The notes under the pieces: generated by a model
What the model was told of the DNA's origin: nothing
Database searches by the model: none
The model's input: the letters and a program-made list of their open reading frames with translations, nothing else
Position numbers and translations under genes: made by a program
Part shown: piece after piece, positions 9,355 through 17,801 of the stretch
Layout of the letters: each line of letters starts with the position of its first letter
Numbering within the stretch: position 1 is the first letter of the stretch
From: Candidatus Limnocylindrales bacterium
GTDB taxonomy: Bacteria; Chloroflexota; Limnocylindria; Limnocylindrales; CSP1-4
Length of the DNA stretch: 47,939 nt
Direction: 5' to 3'
NCBI GenBank assembly: GCA_035701885.1
Contig: DASSRG010000088.1
Coordinates: forward strand, 1 to 47,939

Positions 9355-10581
9355 CTAGCGCGCGACGACAGGTTCGGCGGGTGCGGCCCCGGAACCGTCG
9401 GGCAGCGCCTGCGCCGCTCTCGGTGACGGCGGAACCTGCGCGGTGAAGTGCGGTGGGAGCGCGTCTGCCGCGGCGAGCCGGCGGATGACGAACCCGTAGT
9501 AGTCGTCGACCTTGGCCGTCACTCGGGGCCAGCTGAACTCCTCTGCGCGGCGGAGCCCGTTCGCCGACATCTCCGCGGCGAGAGCCCTGTCGCTCAGCAG
9601 GCGCTCGATCGCCTCGGCCAGCTCCTTCGGCTCGCGCGGCGGCACGAGCAGCGCCTCGCGGCCCCGGCGGACGACCCCCTTGTAGCCGTGGATGTCCGAG
9701 GCGACGATCGGGGCGCCCGCGGCCATCGCCTCGAGCAGCACGATGCCGAACGACTCCCGGCCGGTCGCGGGTGACACGTACACGTCCGCCGTCTTGAACA
9801 GCTGGTCGCGCTCGGCGTCCGAGACGCGGCCCAGGAACTCCACGCCCCCGAGCCGCCGGGTGGCGACGTACCGCCGTGCCTCGCGCTCCTGTGGCCCGCC
9901 GCCGACCAGCAGCAGCCGCGACTCGACCCCGTCGCGGCGCATGATCCGGTGCGCCTTGAGCATGTCGAGGACGCCCTTGCGCGGCTCGAACCGGCCGACG
10001 AACAGCACGTTCGGCGTCCCGTCCTGCCAGCGCGACAGCGGGACCGCGCGACGGAACCGGTCGATGTCCACACCGTTCGGAATGACCTTGTAGTCGCCGG
10101 GGAAGTAGCGGTCGATGAAATGGCGTGCGGCGGCCGACACGGCGATCCGGCCGTGGAGCCGGTCGGCGTAGCCCTTCAGCGCGCGGCTGCCGAACTCGTA
10201 CGCGGGCGACCACCCGCCGTACGCGTGGAACGTGCCGATGTTCACGCTCTGCGACTCGCGCAGGATCACCAGCGACAGGAACGGCACGAACGGCTCGTGG
10301 AAGTGGAGGACGTCGAACCGCTCGCGCTCCAGCAGGTCCCGGACCTGCGACACGTAGCGCGGCGAGAGCGTGACCGTCCCCACCGACCCGTTCGCCGGCA
10401 TCGAGAACCCCTTGCCGAGCCGGATGACGTCGCCCTCCGACGAGCGCTGGAGGCCGTGGGACGAGGTAAGGATGCGGACCGTGTGGCCGCGCTGCCGCAG
10501 GTTCTCGTACAGGTAGTGGACGTGCTGGGTCACCCCGCCGGGCAGTGGGTAGACGTACGGCGAGACGAGGCCGATCTTCAT
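9355..10581 (-). CDS. pimA: GT4 phosphatidylinositol alpha-mannosyltransferase
   Basis: 408 aa starting at MKIGLVSPYVYPLPGGVTQHV. FDVLHFHEP, GRIAVS, IPNGVD, EPRKG and GRESFGIVLLEAMAAG run colinear with mycobacterial PimA. ATGA overlap with the upstream PHP gene. Sits in an operon with the PIP synthase. Confidence 0.85.
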   Translation of the reverse strand: MKIGLVSPYVYPLPGGVTQHVHYLYENLRQRGHTVRILTSSHGLQRSSEGDVIRLGKGFSMPANGSVGTVTLSPRYVSQVRDLLERERFDVLHFHEPFVPFLSLVILRESQSVNIGTFHAYGGWSPAYEFGSRALKGYADRLHGRIAVSAAARHFIDRYFPGDYKVIPNGVDIDRFRRAVPLSRWQDGTPNVLFVGRFEPRKGVLDMLKAHRIMRRDGVESRLLLVGGGPQEREARRYVATRRLGGVEFLGRVSDAERDQLFKTADVYVSPATGRESFGIVLLEAMAAGAPIVASDIHGYKGVVRRGREALLVPPREPKELAEAIERLLSDRALAAEMSANGLRRAEEFSWPRVTAKVDDYYGFVIRRLAAADALPPHFTAQVPPSPRAAQALPDGSGAAPAEPVVAR

Positions 10582-11405
10582 CGGCGCGTGCCGTCGCGGG
10601 GGTCGAACACCGGCGGGCGGCGCGTGCTCCCGGGGTAGCCGTGGTCGCGGCCGCTGCCGTCCCGCCGGATCCGGCCGGCGACCTCGGCCTTCGCGTCCCG
10701 GCCGCGCTTGCGGAGCTGGCGACCGAACACCGCGAGCTGGCCCATGGACCCGTGGAATCCGCCGTCGTGTGCCGTGGTCCCCTCGGCGATCGCCCGCCGG
10801 AGGTCGTCGCCGGTCCGGCCGTCGAAGGTCGTCCAGGCCGACCCGATCGCCTCGATCGCGTGCGCGTCGCTGCTGCCGATCCGCGCCAGCCCGCGCTCGT
10901 CCGCGAACGCCACGGCGCGGCCGTGTCCGTAGCGGCCGATCGCGGTGGGGTTGAATGTCTCGAGGGCGTCGGGGTGCACGAGGGGATTGTCGTCGTCCAG
11001 GAGGCCGCGCAATGCCCAGCCCTGCGCGGAGAGGTGGAGCGGGACCAGCGGGTGGGCCGGAATGGCGATGCCACCCTGGTCGTGGACCGCCTCGATCGAC
11101 CAGCGCAGGCTCTTGAGCGGCGGGACCCGGTGCTCGAGGAACAGGCCCAGCAGGTGGCCGCCGCGAGTCGTGATCTCCTCGCCCACGACGACCTGGAACG
11201 GGAGCCCGCGGTCCTGCGCGAGGTGGCGGGCGGCGATGGCGGCATCGATCCGCTCGTGGTCCGTGATGGCGATCACGTCCAGCCGGCCGGCCGCGGCGAC
11301 CGCGTCGAGGATGTCCGACACGGATGCCGTCCCGTCCGACGCGAGCGTGTGGATGTGAAGGTCCGCCCGGCCGCGGCGCGCGGACGACTCGCCCGCGGCG
11401 TTCAT
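10578..11405 (-). CDS. PHP-domain metal-dependent phosphoesterase
   Basis: 275 aa from MNAAGESS. PHP motifs DLHIHTLASDG, AITDHE, VVGEEI, IPAHP and GSSDAHA are present. ATGA overlaps occur at both ends (11402-11405 and 10578-10581). Confidence 0.85.
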   Translation of the reverse strand: MNAAGESSARRGRADLHIHTLASDGTASVSDILDAVAAAGRLDVIAITDHERIDAAIAARHLAQDRGLPFQVVVGEEITTRGGHLLGLFLEHRVPPLKSLRWSIEAVHDQGGIAIPAHPLVPLHLSAQGWALRGLLDDDNPLVHPDALETFNPTAIGRYGHGRAVAFADERGLARIGSSDAHAIEAIGSAWTTFDGRTGDDLRRAIAEGTTAHDGGFHGSMGQLAVFGRQLRKRGRDAKAEVAGRIRRDGSGRDHGYPGSTRRPPVFDPRDGTRR

Positions 11406-12394
11406 GACGCCCCTCCACCCGCGACCAGGTCCGGCCAGATGGGATGGAAGGCACCCCACCACTGCTCGGGCGCGTCCGCGACGAGTGATTCGAATGCCTG
11501 CGCGATCGACGCGGTGTAGGCCGTCAGCCGCTCCCGGCGCGGGCCGGGCCCGGGCTCCGGGACGTGGATCAGCCGCGCGGCGTACGTCCGCGACCCCGTC
11601 CGGCGAGCTGCCGCCGCGTAGATGGGCACGGCCGTCTCGAGGGAGAGGAACGCCGGGCCGGCCGCGATCGGCGCGGGGTGGCCGAAGAACGGCACCGGGA
11701 GCCCGCTCCCCGACAGGTCACGATCCGACACGAGGCCGACGGATTCACCCCGGCGCAGGGCGTCGAGCAGCGGGCGTCGGGCGTCCTTGATGGGGATGAT
11801 GTTCACGCCGACGTGGCTGCGTGACTCCGTGAACCACGCGGCGAGCGCGGGGTCGTTCACCGTCTCCATGGGCGCGGTCACCGAGTGACCGACGAACCCC
11901 GACAGGATCGTGACCGGCAGCTCGATCGCCCCGAAGTGGAGGCCCACGATGATGACCGGCCTGCCGCTCCGGAGGGCCGCCTCGACCTCGTCCGGCGTCT
12001 CGATGCGGACGCGCTCGAGCGCCGTCTCGATGTCGTACGCGCCCGCCCTCAGCACCTCGAGGTAGTAGCGGGCGGCGTGCCGGAACGCGGCCCGGACGAG
12101 GCGCTCGAGTGCATCCGGGTCCGTTGCCGCGCGCCGGGCGCGTGGGGTGCCGCCGCCGGTCGCCTCGAGGTGCTCCGCGACCCGGCGCAGGTTCAGTCGC
12201 GCCTGGTCGCGCTTCGCGGGGGCGGCCCGGTACCACAGCTCGCCGACCGAGTCGGCACCCGCGACGAGCGGCCGTTCGGGAAGGTGCGAGGCCACGCCCG
12301 CGGCAGCGATGATGAGCCGCCCGCGAAGGCCCGGCCGGGTGGCCACCCCGTCGTCGGACGACGCGCTCGCCGGCGCCCCCGACGCGACGGTCAC
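11402..12394 (-). CDS. LpxL/HtrB-family lysophospholipid acyltransferase, PatA-like (PIM acyltransferase candidate)
   Basis: 330 aa with a GTG start. HX4E motif in GLHFGAIE. The C-terminal ..APEQWWGAFHPIWPD is typical of this family. GTGA overlap with the upstream paralogue. Confidence 0.8.
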   Translation of the reverse strand: MTVASGAPASASSDDGVATRPGLRGRLIIAAAGVASHLPERPLVAGADSVGELWYRAAPAKRDQARLNLRRVAEHLEATGGGTPRARRAATDPDALERLVRAAFRHAARYYLEVLRAGAYDIETALERVRIETPDEVEAALRSGRPVIIVGLHFGAIELPVTILSGFVGHSVTAPMETVNDPALAAWFTESRSHVGVNIIPIKDARRPLLDALRRGESVGLVSDRDLSGSGLPVPFFGHPAPIAAGPAFLSLETAVPIYAAAARRTGSRTYAARLIHVPEPGPGPRRERLTAYTASIAQAFESLVADAPEQWWGAFHPIWPDLVAGGGAS

Positions 12395-13464
12395 GACGCT
12401 CCGGCCTCCCGCGCGGGGGTCGCGGGCGCCTCGACCGCTGTCTCATGCGTCCCGGTGACGGTCTCGCCATCGGCAACACGCGGCGCCCGGCCGGCGAGCA
12501 TCGCCGCGGCCCGTGCCTCGAGCTCGCGCGATTCCTCGTCGGTATCCGGCCACATGGGCTTGAAGCTGTACCACTGCTCGGGTGCGGCACCGACGGTCGC
12601 CTCGAGGAAGTCGGCGATCCGCTGCGTCGCCCGCTGGATGTCCGCCGGATCGGACGACGGGACGGTGAACGCCTCGTGCCCCTCCAGGCGCAGCGTCCCA
12701 TGCGGGGTCCGGCGGATCGCGAGCGGCGCGATGATCGCGCCCGTCTTCGCGGCGAGGGTCGCCGGGCCGGCGGGGAGCGTGGTCCACGCGCCGAACAGCC
12801 GAACGGGCACGCCGTCGGCCCGGTAGCCCCAGTCGACGAGCAGCGCGAGGATCTCCTTGCGCCGCAGCACGGCGAACAGCTCTCGGAGGTTGCGCCACGG
12901 GATGACGTGCACGCCCCAGGCCTCGCGCTGCTCGCGCAGCAGCTCGAACAGCTCGGGGAACGAGGAGTCGTCGGCGACGACGTTGGCGGGATAGCCCGCG
13001 CCGGCGATCGCGGCGGCCACCGCCTCGTTGTTGCCGACATGGCCCGCCACGACGATCATCGCCTGCCCCGAGTCGCGCCACGCCTGGGCGACGCGCTCGA
13101 CGCCGTCACCCTCGACCCCCGCGGCCAGCTCCTCGCGTGGTCGCGAGGGGAGGCGCATGAGCTCGACGATGTAGCGCGCGTATTCCTTGTAGGCCCGCAG
13201 CGCGAGGCGCCGGACGCGCGGATGGTCGGGCGGCAGCCCGAGCACCTTTGCGAAGTTCGCGTTGCTGAAGTTCCGCTTGGCCGGCCACGCGAGGTAGCTC
13301 GCCTGGGAGGCGGTCGCGATCACCGCACGCGACAGCGCCGGCGGGGTGTGCGCGAGGAGGGCGGCCGTCGACTTGTAGCCGACGATCGCCGCCTTCTCGA
13401 CGATCCGCGGCGGGGTGGCCTCGAGGCGCCGGTGGGGCGCCTCGAGCTTGCGCCCCTGGGTCAC
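12391..13464 (-). CDS. LpxL/HtrB-family lysophospholipid acyltransferase, second PatA-like paralogue
   Basis: 357 aa with a GTG start. HX4E motif in GHVGNNE, and ..[18 protein letters not shown] overlap with the ino1 stop. Confidence 0.8.
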   Translation of the reverse strand: MTQGRKLEAPHRRLEATPPRIVEKAAIVGYKSTAALLAHTPPALSRAVIATASQASYLAWPAKRNFSNANFAKVLGLPPDHPRVRRLALRAYKEYARYIVELMRLPSRPREELAAGVEGDGVERVAQAWRDSGQAMIVVAGHVGNNEAVAAAIAGAGYPANVVADDSSFPELFELLREQREAWGVHVIPWRNLRELFAVLRRKEILALLVDWGYRADGVPVRLFGAWTTLPAGPATLAAKTGAIIAPLAIRRTPHGTLRLEGHEAFTVPSSDPADIQRATQRIADFLEATVGAAPEQWYSFKPMWPDTDEESRELEARAAAMLAGRAPRVADGETVTGTHETAVEAPATPAREAGAS

Positions 13465-14675
13465 TTGGCGGCGGCCTTCGCCTTCGCCTCGTTCGCGAGC
13501 GCCTTGGAGTGCGTCTTCGACTCCTCGTTGCCCACGAGCGTCTCGTTGTCCTCGCCCCGGATGAACGCCTCGACGCGCTCACGCGCGATGTCGTCGTGGA
13601 TCTGGAGCGGCGGGGACTTCATGAAGTAGCTGGACGGCGCGACGAGCGTGCCCGTCAGGCCACGGTCGAGGCCGATCCGCAGGCAGCGGATGGCGTCGAT
13701 GATCACGCCGGCGCTGTTCGGGCTGTCCCAGACCTCGAGCTTGAGCTCGGCGTTGAGCGGGACGTCACCGAACGTCGTGCCCTCGATCCGGATGTGGCAC
13801 CACTTGCGGTCCTTGAGCCACGGCACGTAGTCCGAGGGGCCGACGTGGATGTCCTCGTCCGCGAGGTCGTAGTCGAGCATCGAGGTGACCGCGTTGGTCT
13901 TCGAGATCTTCTTCGACTCGAGGCGCTCGCGCTCCAGCATGTTCATGAAGTCGGTGTTGCCACCGAAGTTCAGCTGGTACGTGCGGTCGATGCGGACGCC
14001 GCGGTCCATGAACAGGCGGGTCAGCACGCGGTGCGTGATCGTCGCGCCGACCTGGCTCTTGATGTCGTCGCCGATCACCGGGAGGCCCGCGTCGGCGAAC
14101 CGGCGCTGCCAGTACGGCTCGCGGCCGATGAACACCGGGATCGCGTTGATGAACCCGACGCCGGCCTGGAGGGCCTGCTCGACGTACCACTTCGTGGCGT
14201 CCTCGCTGCCCACGGGCAGGTAGGAGACGACGACGTCGACCTCGCGCTCCTTGAGGATGCCGACGACGTCCGCCGTCGGGCCGGGGGCCTTCTCGATGAC
14301 CTGCGACAGGTACTTGCCGATGCCGTCCAGGGTCATGCCGCGCTCGACCTTCACGCCGAGGTGCGGGACGTCCATGAACTTGTAGGTGTTGTTCTGGCCC
14401 GAGAAGATCGCCTCGGAGAGGTCCTTGCCGACCTTCTCCTTGTCGACGTCGAACGCCGCCACGAACTCCACGTCACTGATGTGGTAGTCGCCCAGCTGGA
14501 CGTGCATCAGGCCGGGGACGAAGTCGGTCGGCTTCGCGTTCTCGTAGTAGTAGCGGCCCTGGACGAGGCTGCTCGCGCAGTTGCCGACGCCGACGATCGC
14601 GACGCGGATCTTCTTGCCGCGCGCCTTCGGCGTCGCGGACGTGCCGTTGGTGTTGCTCACGTGCTCCTGCTCCAT
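13461..14675 (-). CDS. ino1: myo-inositol-1-phosphate (inositol-3-phosphate) synthase
   Basis: 404 aa. [57 protein letters not shown] and [16 protein letters not shown] run colinear with mycobacterial Ino1. There is an extra Lys/Ala-rich C-terminal tail of about 30 aa. Confidence 0.93.
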   Translation of the reverse strand: MEQEHVSNTNGTSATPKARGKKIRVAIVGVGNCASSLVQGRYYYENAKPTDFVPGLMHVQLGDYHISDVEFVAAFDVDKEKVGKDLSEAIFSGQNNTYKFMDVPHLGVKVERGMTLDGIGKYLSQVIEKAPGPTADVVGILKEREVDVVVSYLPVGSEDATKWYVEQALQAGVGFINAIPVFIGREPYWQRRFADAGLPVIGDDIKSQVGATITHRVLTRLFMDRGVRIDRTYQLNFGGNTDFMNMLERERLESKKISKTNAVTSMLDYDLADEDIHVGPSDYVPWLKDRKWCHIRIEGTTFGDVPLNAELKLEVWDSPNSAGVIIDAIRCLRIGLDRGLTGTLVAPSSYFMKSPPLQIHDDIARERVEAFIRGEDNETLVGNEESKTHSKALANEAKAKAAAK

Positions 14676-14685
14676 GCTGTGGGCG

Positions 14686-15369
14686 TCAGCCCTGCTCGTG
14701 TCGCGCCTGGTTCGTCGTCACGACGATGCGCTGGATGGTGGTGATGGTTCCGAGGACGGCGATCAGGCCGAGCGCGAGCTCCAGCGCGATCACGTTGGGA
14801 GGGAGTGCGGCCGCGCCCGCCCCCGACGCGTCGGTCGGGAACCCGGGCAGGAGCCCGGCGGCGACGAGGCCGATGGTGAGGATGACGATCCGGACCTCGC
14901 GGGGCGCGAGGCCGACGTTGGCCATGCCGGTTCCGGGCGCAAAGCCCAGGCTCTCCGACTTGGCGCGGGTGTAGCTGACCATGAACGCGGCCGTCATCGC
15001 GGCCGCGGTGAGGACGACGACGGCCTCGACGCCGAGCGACACCGCGCCCCACGCGATACCGATGTAGACGATGCCCTCGCCCCAGCGGTCGAAGGTCGAG
15101 TCCATGAACGCGCCGAGCGGGCTGGCCTTGCCCGTGGCCCGGGCCAGCGCGCCGTCGAACAGGTCGAACACTCCACCGAACAGGACGAGGAGGCCGGCCG
15201 GGAGCCACAGCTGGGCGGCCGCGAGCGCCGCCGCGATGATCGCGATGCCGAAGCCGATGAGCGTCAGCCCGTTGGGCGTGAGGCCGAGCCGGCCGAGCGC
15301 GACGGCGATCGGCGTCATGAGGCCGCGGACCTTGGAGCGGGTCTCCGGCGTGACGAACGAGCCGCTCAC
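14686..15369 (-). CDS. pgsA: CDP-alcohol phosphatidyltransferase, PgsA1-type phosphatidylinositol-phosphate synthase
   Basis: 227 aa from GTG 15369, the C-terminal part of track ORF 14686..15771. Full DGx2ARx8Gx3Dx3D motif in [30 protein letters not shown] overlap with the arsR stop. Operon context includes ino1 and pimA. Confidence 0.85.
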   Translation of the reverse strand: MSGSFVTPETRSKVRGLMTPIAVALGRLGLTPNGLTLIGFGIAIIAAALAAAQLWLPAGLLVLFGGVFDLFDGALARATGKASPLGAFMDSTFDRWGEGIVYIGIAWGAVSLGVEAVVVLTAAAMTAAFMVSYTRAKSESLGFAPGTGMANVGLAPREVRIVILTIGLVAAGLLPGFPTDASGAGAAALPPNVIALELALGLIAVLGTITTIQRIVVTTNQARHEQG

Positions 15370-15728
15370 GAGGCGGCCCTGCGCGGGGTCGGGTTGCCGA
15401 CGATGTTGAGCACCCGGGCCTCGCGGTCGGCGAACTGGGCGAACGCCTCGGGGACGATCGTGTGCACGGTCTCCCGGCCGTGGCGCTGCGCCCGCACGAG
15501 CCCGACCTCGCGCAGCTTGCCGAGGTGCCACGAGACGAGGGGCTGCGAGAGGCCGACCGCCTCGATGAGCTCCGTGACCGTCGCCGGCCGATCCGCGAGC
15601 ACGCGGCAGATCCGCAGACGGTTCACGTCCGCCAGGGTCTTGTGGAACCGCCGCAGCTCCCGCAGGTCGTCGGGCTGGTCGACGACGTTCGCGATCGTGC
15701 TGCGGATGCGGGCAGGGGAGGGCGACAC
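15366..15728 (-). CDS. ArsR/SmtB-family winged-helix transcriptional regulator
   Basis: 120 aa with a GTG start. HTH region LADVNRLRICRVLADRPATVTELIEAVGLSQPLVSWHLGKLREVGLV. Neither the CVC (alpha3) nor the His-rich alpha5 metal site is evident. Confidence 0.85.
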   Translation of the reverse strand: MSPSPARIRSTIANVVDQPDDLRELRRFHKTLADVNRLRICRVLADRPATVTELIEAVGLSQPLVSWHLGKLREVGLVRAQRHGRETVHTIVPEAFAQFADREARVLNIVGNPTPRRAAS

Positions 15729-15766
15729 GGTGGGCGGTCTTGCCTCGAGGAGGGCGGTGCCGTCGG

Positions 15767-15798
15767 ATCAACGGCGGTTTATATCAATGGGCGTTGAT
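15767..15798 (-). promoter_or_regulatory. Candidate operator in the arsR/PIM operon promoter region
   Basis: ATCAACG-N18-CGTTGAT inverted repeat, with a nested ATCAA-N6-TTGAT, around the only AT-rich island (tttatatcaat). It lies 39-70 bp upstream of the arsR GTG. Confidence 0.3.
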
Positions 15799-15849
15799 GC
15801 TACGAGGCGCGCGTCGGCGGTGTCAAGCCCGGCGCTCACGGCCTCGGTA

Positions 15850-17049
15850 TCAGGACCGGGGCTTGACGATCAGCACGGACACGCCGGACGTGGACAGCAC
15901 GGTCCGGCCGACGCTCCCGAGCAGGGCACGCGTGAGCCCGGTCCGCTGCCGGGTTCCGAGGACGATCAGGTCCGCGGCGCGTTCCCCCGTGAAGCCGACG
16001 ATCTGGGACGCGGCGTCGCCGTCGCGCACGTGCGCCGTCGCCCGGCGGCCCGCGGTGGCGAGGCGGGTCGCGACGGCGTCGGCGAGCCGCTGCTGCCTGA
16101 CGCGGGCGGTCGTCGCCTGCATGCCGCCGTCGGCCGTCGGGCTGCCGAGGCCCGGACCGTCGGTCACGACGCTGAGGACATCGATCACGACGTCCCGGAA
16201 GATCGGCCACTGCGCCACGGCATCGACCGCCGCCTCGCCGGCCTCGGTGCCGTCGGCGCCGAGGACGAGACGCCCGACCGCCGGCGTCCGCGCGACGAGG
16301 ACCGAGCACGGCGCCGCGTCGATCGTCGCCGCCGCCACCGACCCGGCGAACATCGACCGCACCGGCCCGAGTCCGCGGCTGCCGATCACGACGAGGTCCG
16401 CACCGAACGCCCTGGCCTCGTCCGCGATCGCCGCCGCCGGGTCGCCCTGGCGCACGACGGAATCGATCACGACTCCGTCGCGCTCCAGCGTCCGGGCCAC
16501 GGACGCGACGGTCGTCGCAAGGGACCGCGGCACCTCGGCGTCCCCGTCCGGTGGCGTGCCGGGATCTGCAAACGGCCGGACGTCGCCGTCGGTCGCGCCG
16601 ATCACCCGGATCACCGAGCCTGCGGGCCAGTGGAGGGACGCGGCGAGCGCGGTCGCGACCTCGGCGCCCGGCGAGCCGTCGTGTGCGAGGAGGACCCGCA
16701 TGGGTGTGCCGGGGCTCCCGTCGGCGGCGGTGATCGCCGCGTCGCGGCCACGCGCGGGAACCGTGTAGCGCAACCGCCACGCGGTGAGCGCGATGGCGTG
16801 CGTCGACAGCGACGCCGTCACGAGGACGAACGCGATCACGAGCACCGCGCTCGTCGCGATCTCGGCCCGCCCGCTGGCCAGCGACGCGAGCAGCACGAGG
16901 ATCGCACCGGGCCCGGTCACGAGACCCGCTGCGTGCAGCTGCTCGAAGATCGACGGCTTGCGGAGCATGCCGTACAGGCCGATCGTCGCGAGCACGAGCC
17001 CGAGCACGAGGACCCCGCTGCCCACGAGCCCCACGACCGCCTCAATCAC
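15850..17049 (-). CDS. mnhG: Mnh/Mrp antiporter subunit G fused to tandem universal stress protein domains
   Basis: 399 aa. The N-terminal ~100 aa form a 3-TM MnhG/PhaG-like segment (LYGMLRKPSIFEQLHAAGL). Two USP domains follow. The first has ATP-type Gx2Gx9GS (GSRGLGPVRSMFAGS) and the second reads VLGTRQRTGLTRALLGS. An 8-nt overlap joins it to mnhF. Confidence 0.8.
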   Translation of the reverse strand: MIEAVVGLVGSGVLVLGLVLATIGLYGMLRKPSIFEQLHAAGLVTGPGAILVLLASLASGRAEIATSAVLVIAFVLVTASLSTHAIALTAWRLRYTVPARGRDAAITAADGSPGTPMRVLLAHDGSPGAEVATALAASLHWPAGSVIRVIGATDGDVRPFADPGTPPDGDAEVPRSLATTVASVARTLERDGVVIDSVVRQGDPAAAIADEARAFGADLVVIGSRGLGPVRSMFAGSVAAATIDAAPCSVLVARTPAVGRLVLGADGTEAGEAAVDAVAQWPIFRDVVIDVLSVVTDGPGLGSPTADGGMQATTARVRQQRLADAVATRLATAGRRATAHVRDGDAASQIVGFTGERAADLIVLGTRQRTGLTRALLGSVGRTVLSTSGVSVLIVKPRS

Positions 17050-17320
17050 GACGGTCCGGCCCCCGCCGCATGATGTAGCGCGCCGTCACGACGGTCGCCG
17101 TGAACGACAGCAGCGCGACCGCCAGCCCGGCGTCGATGTAGTAGGAGACGCCGTTCAGGTACGACAGCGTCGCCAGCATGACGATCACGATCGTGCTCAG
17201 GACGTCGAGCGCCAACAGCCGCTGCTGGCTGTCCCGGGCGCGGAGCAGGAGCAGGCCGCCCGCGACGAGCAGCAGCGCAGCCCAGCCGAACGCGACGACG
17301 AGGACGACGTCGGGGATCAC
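17042..17320 (-). CDS. mnhF: Mnh/Mrp antiporter subunit F
   Basis: 92 aa, 3 TM, MnhF/PhaF-like (RLLALDVLSTIVIVMLA..). GTG start. Confidence 0.8.
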   Translation of the reverse strand: MIPDVVLVVAFGWAALLLVAGGLLLLRARDSQQRLLALDVLSTIVIVMLATLSYLNGVSYYIDAGLAVALLSFTATVVTARYIMRRGPDRRD

Positions 17321-17321
17321 G

Positions 17322-17801
17322 TCACGACACCACGTCGCGCTGGAACGTCTCGCGGGCGGCCGCGTGGCGCGCGAGGATCGCGTCCGGATCGCGCGCGTCG
17401 ATGGTGTGGACCACCAGGACGTCCCGGGCGTCGTCGACCGCGACCGGGTACTCGTCGGGTGCCTCGCCGGTCAGGATCCCCCACAGCGCGACGGCCCGGC
17501 GCGACCGGTCGCCGCGGGGGATCTCGATGAAGCCCGGGCTGCCGGTGCCGCGGAGGCAGAACCGGACGACCCGCACCGTGCCGACGCCGATCTCCCAGGC
17601 GGTCACCACGATCATCCGCGCGAGCGACGCGAACCAGCGTCCCCAGGCGGCCGCACCGTGGTGGGCGTCCGAAGGCCTCGCGGCGATGACGAGGACCAGC
17701 GCGAGGGCCGCGCCGATCGCCACGTCGCCCGGGTCGACGCTGGTGAGCACGAGCAGGTAGATGGCGGTGAGCCCCGCCACCCGCAGGAGGATGCCGGTCA
17801 C
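17322..17801 (-). CDS. mnhE: Mnh/Mrp antiporter subunit E
   Basis: 159 aa from GTG 17801, the C-terminal part of track ORF 17322..19142. MnhE-like pattern LLVLTSVDPGDVAIG..VTAWEIGVGTVRVV. GTGA overlap with mnhD. Confidence 0.75.
   Translation of the reverse strand: MTGILLRVAGLTAIYLLVLTSVDPGDVAIGAALALVLVIAARPSDAHHGAAAWGRWFASLARMIVVTAWEIGVGTVRVVRFCLRGTGSPGFIEIPRGDRSRRAVALWGILTGEAPDEYPVAVDDARDVLVVHTIDARDPDAILARHAAARETFQRDVVS

Noticed and set aside
6933-11245. ORFs 6933..8654(-), 7163..9358(+) and 8990..11245(-)
   Set aside because: These are off-frame or antisense readings of the giant GT-C gene, pimA and the PHP gene. Their composition is Arg/Pro/Gly-rich and they carry no motifs.
13461-13560. 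Lys/Ala-rich ~30-aa C-terminal tail on Ino1
   Set aside because: It is probably a lineage-specific disordered tail. The sequence suggests no separate function.
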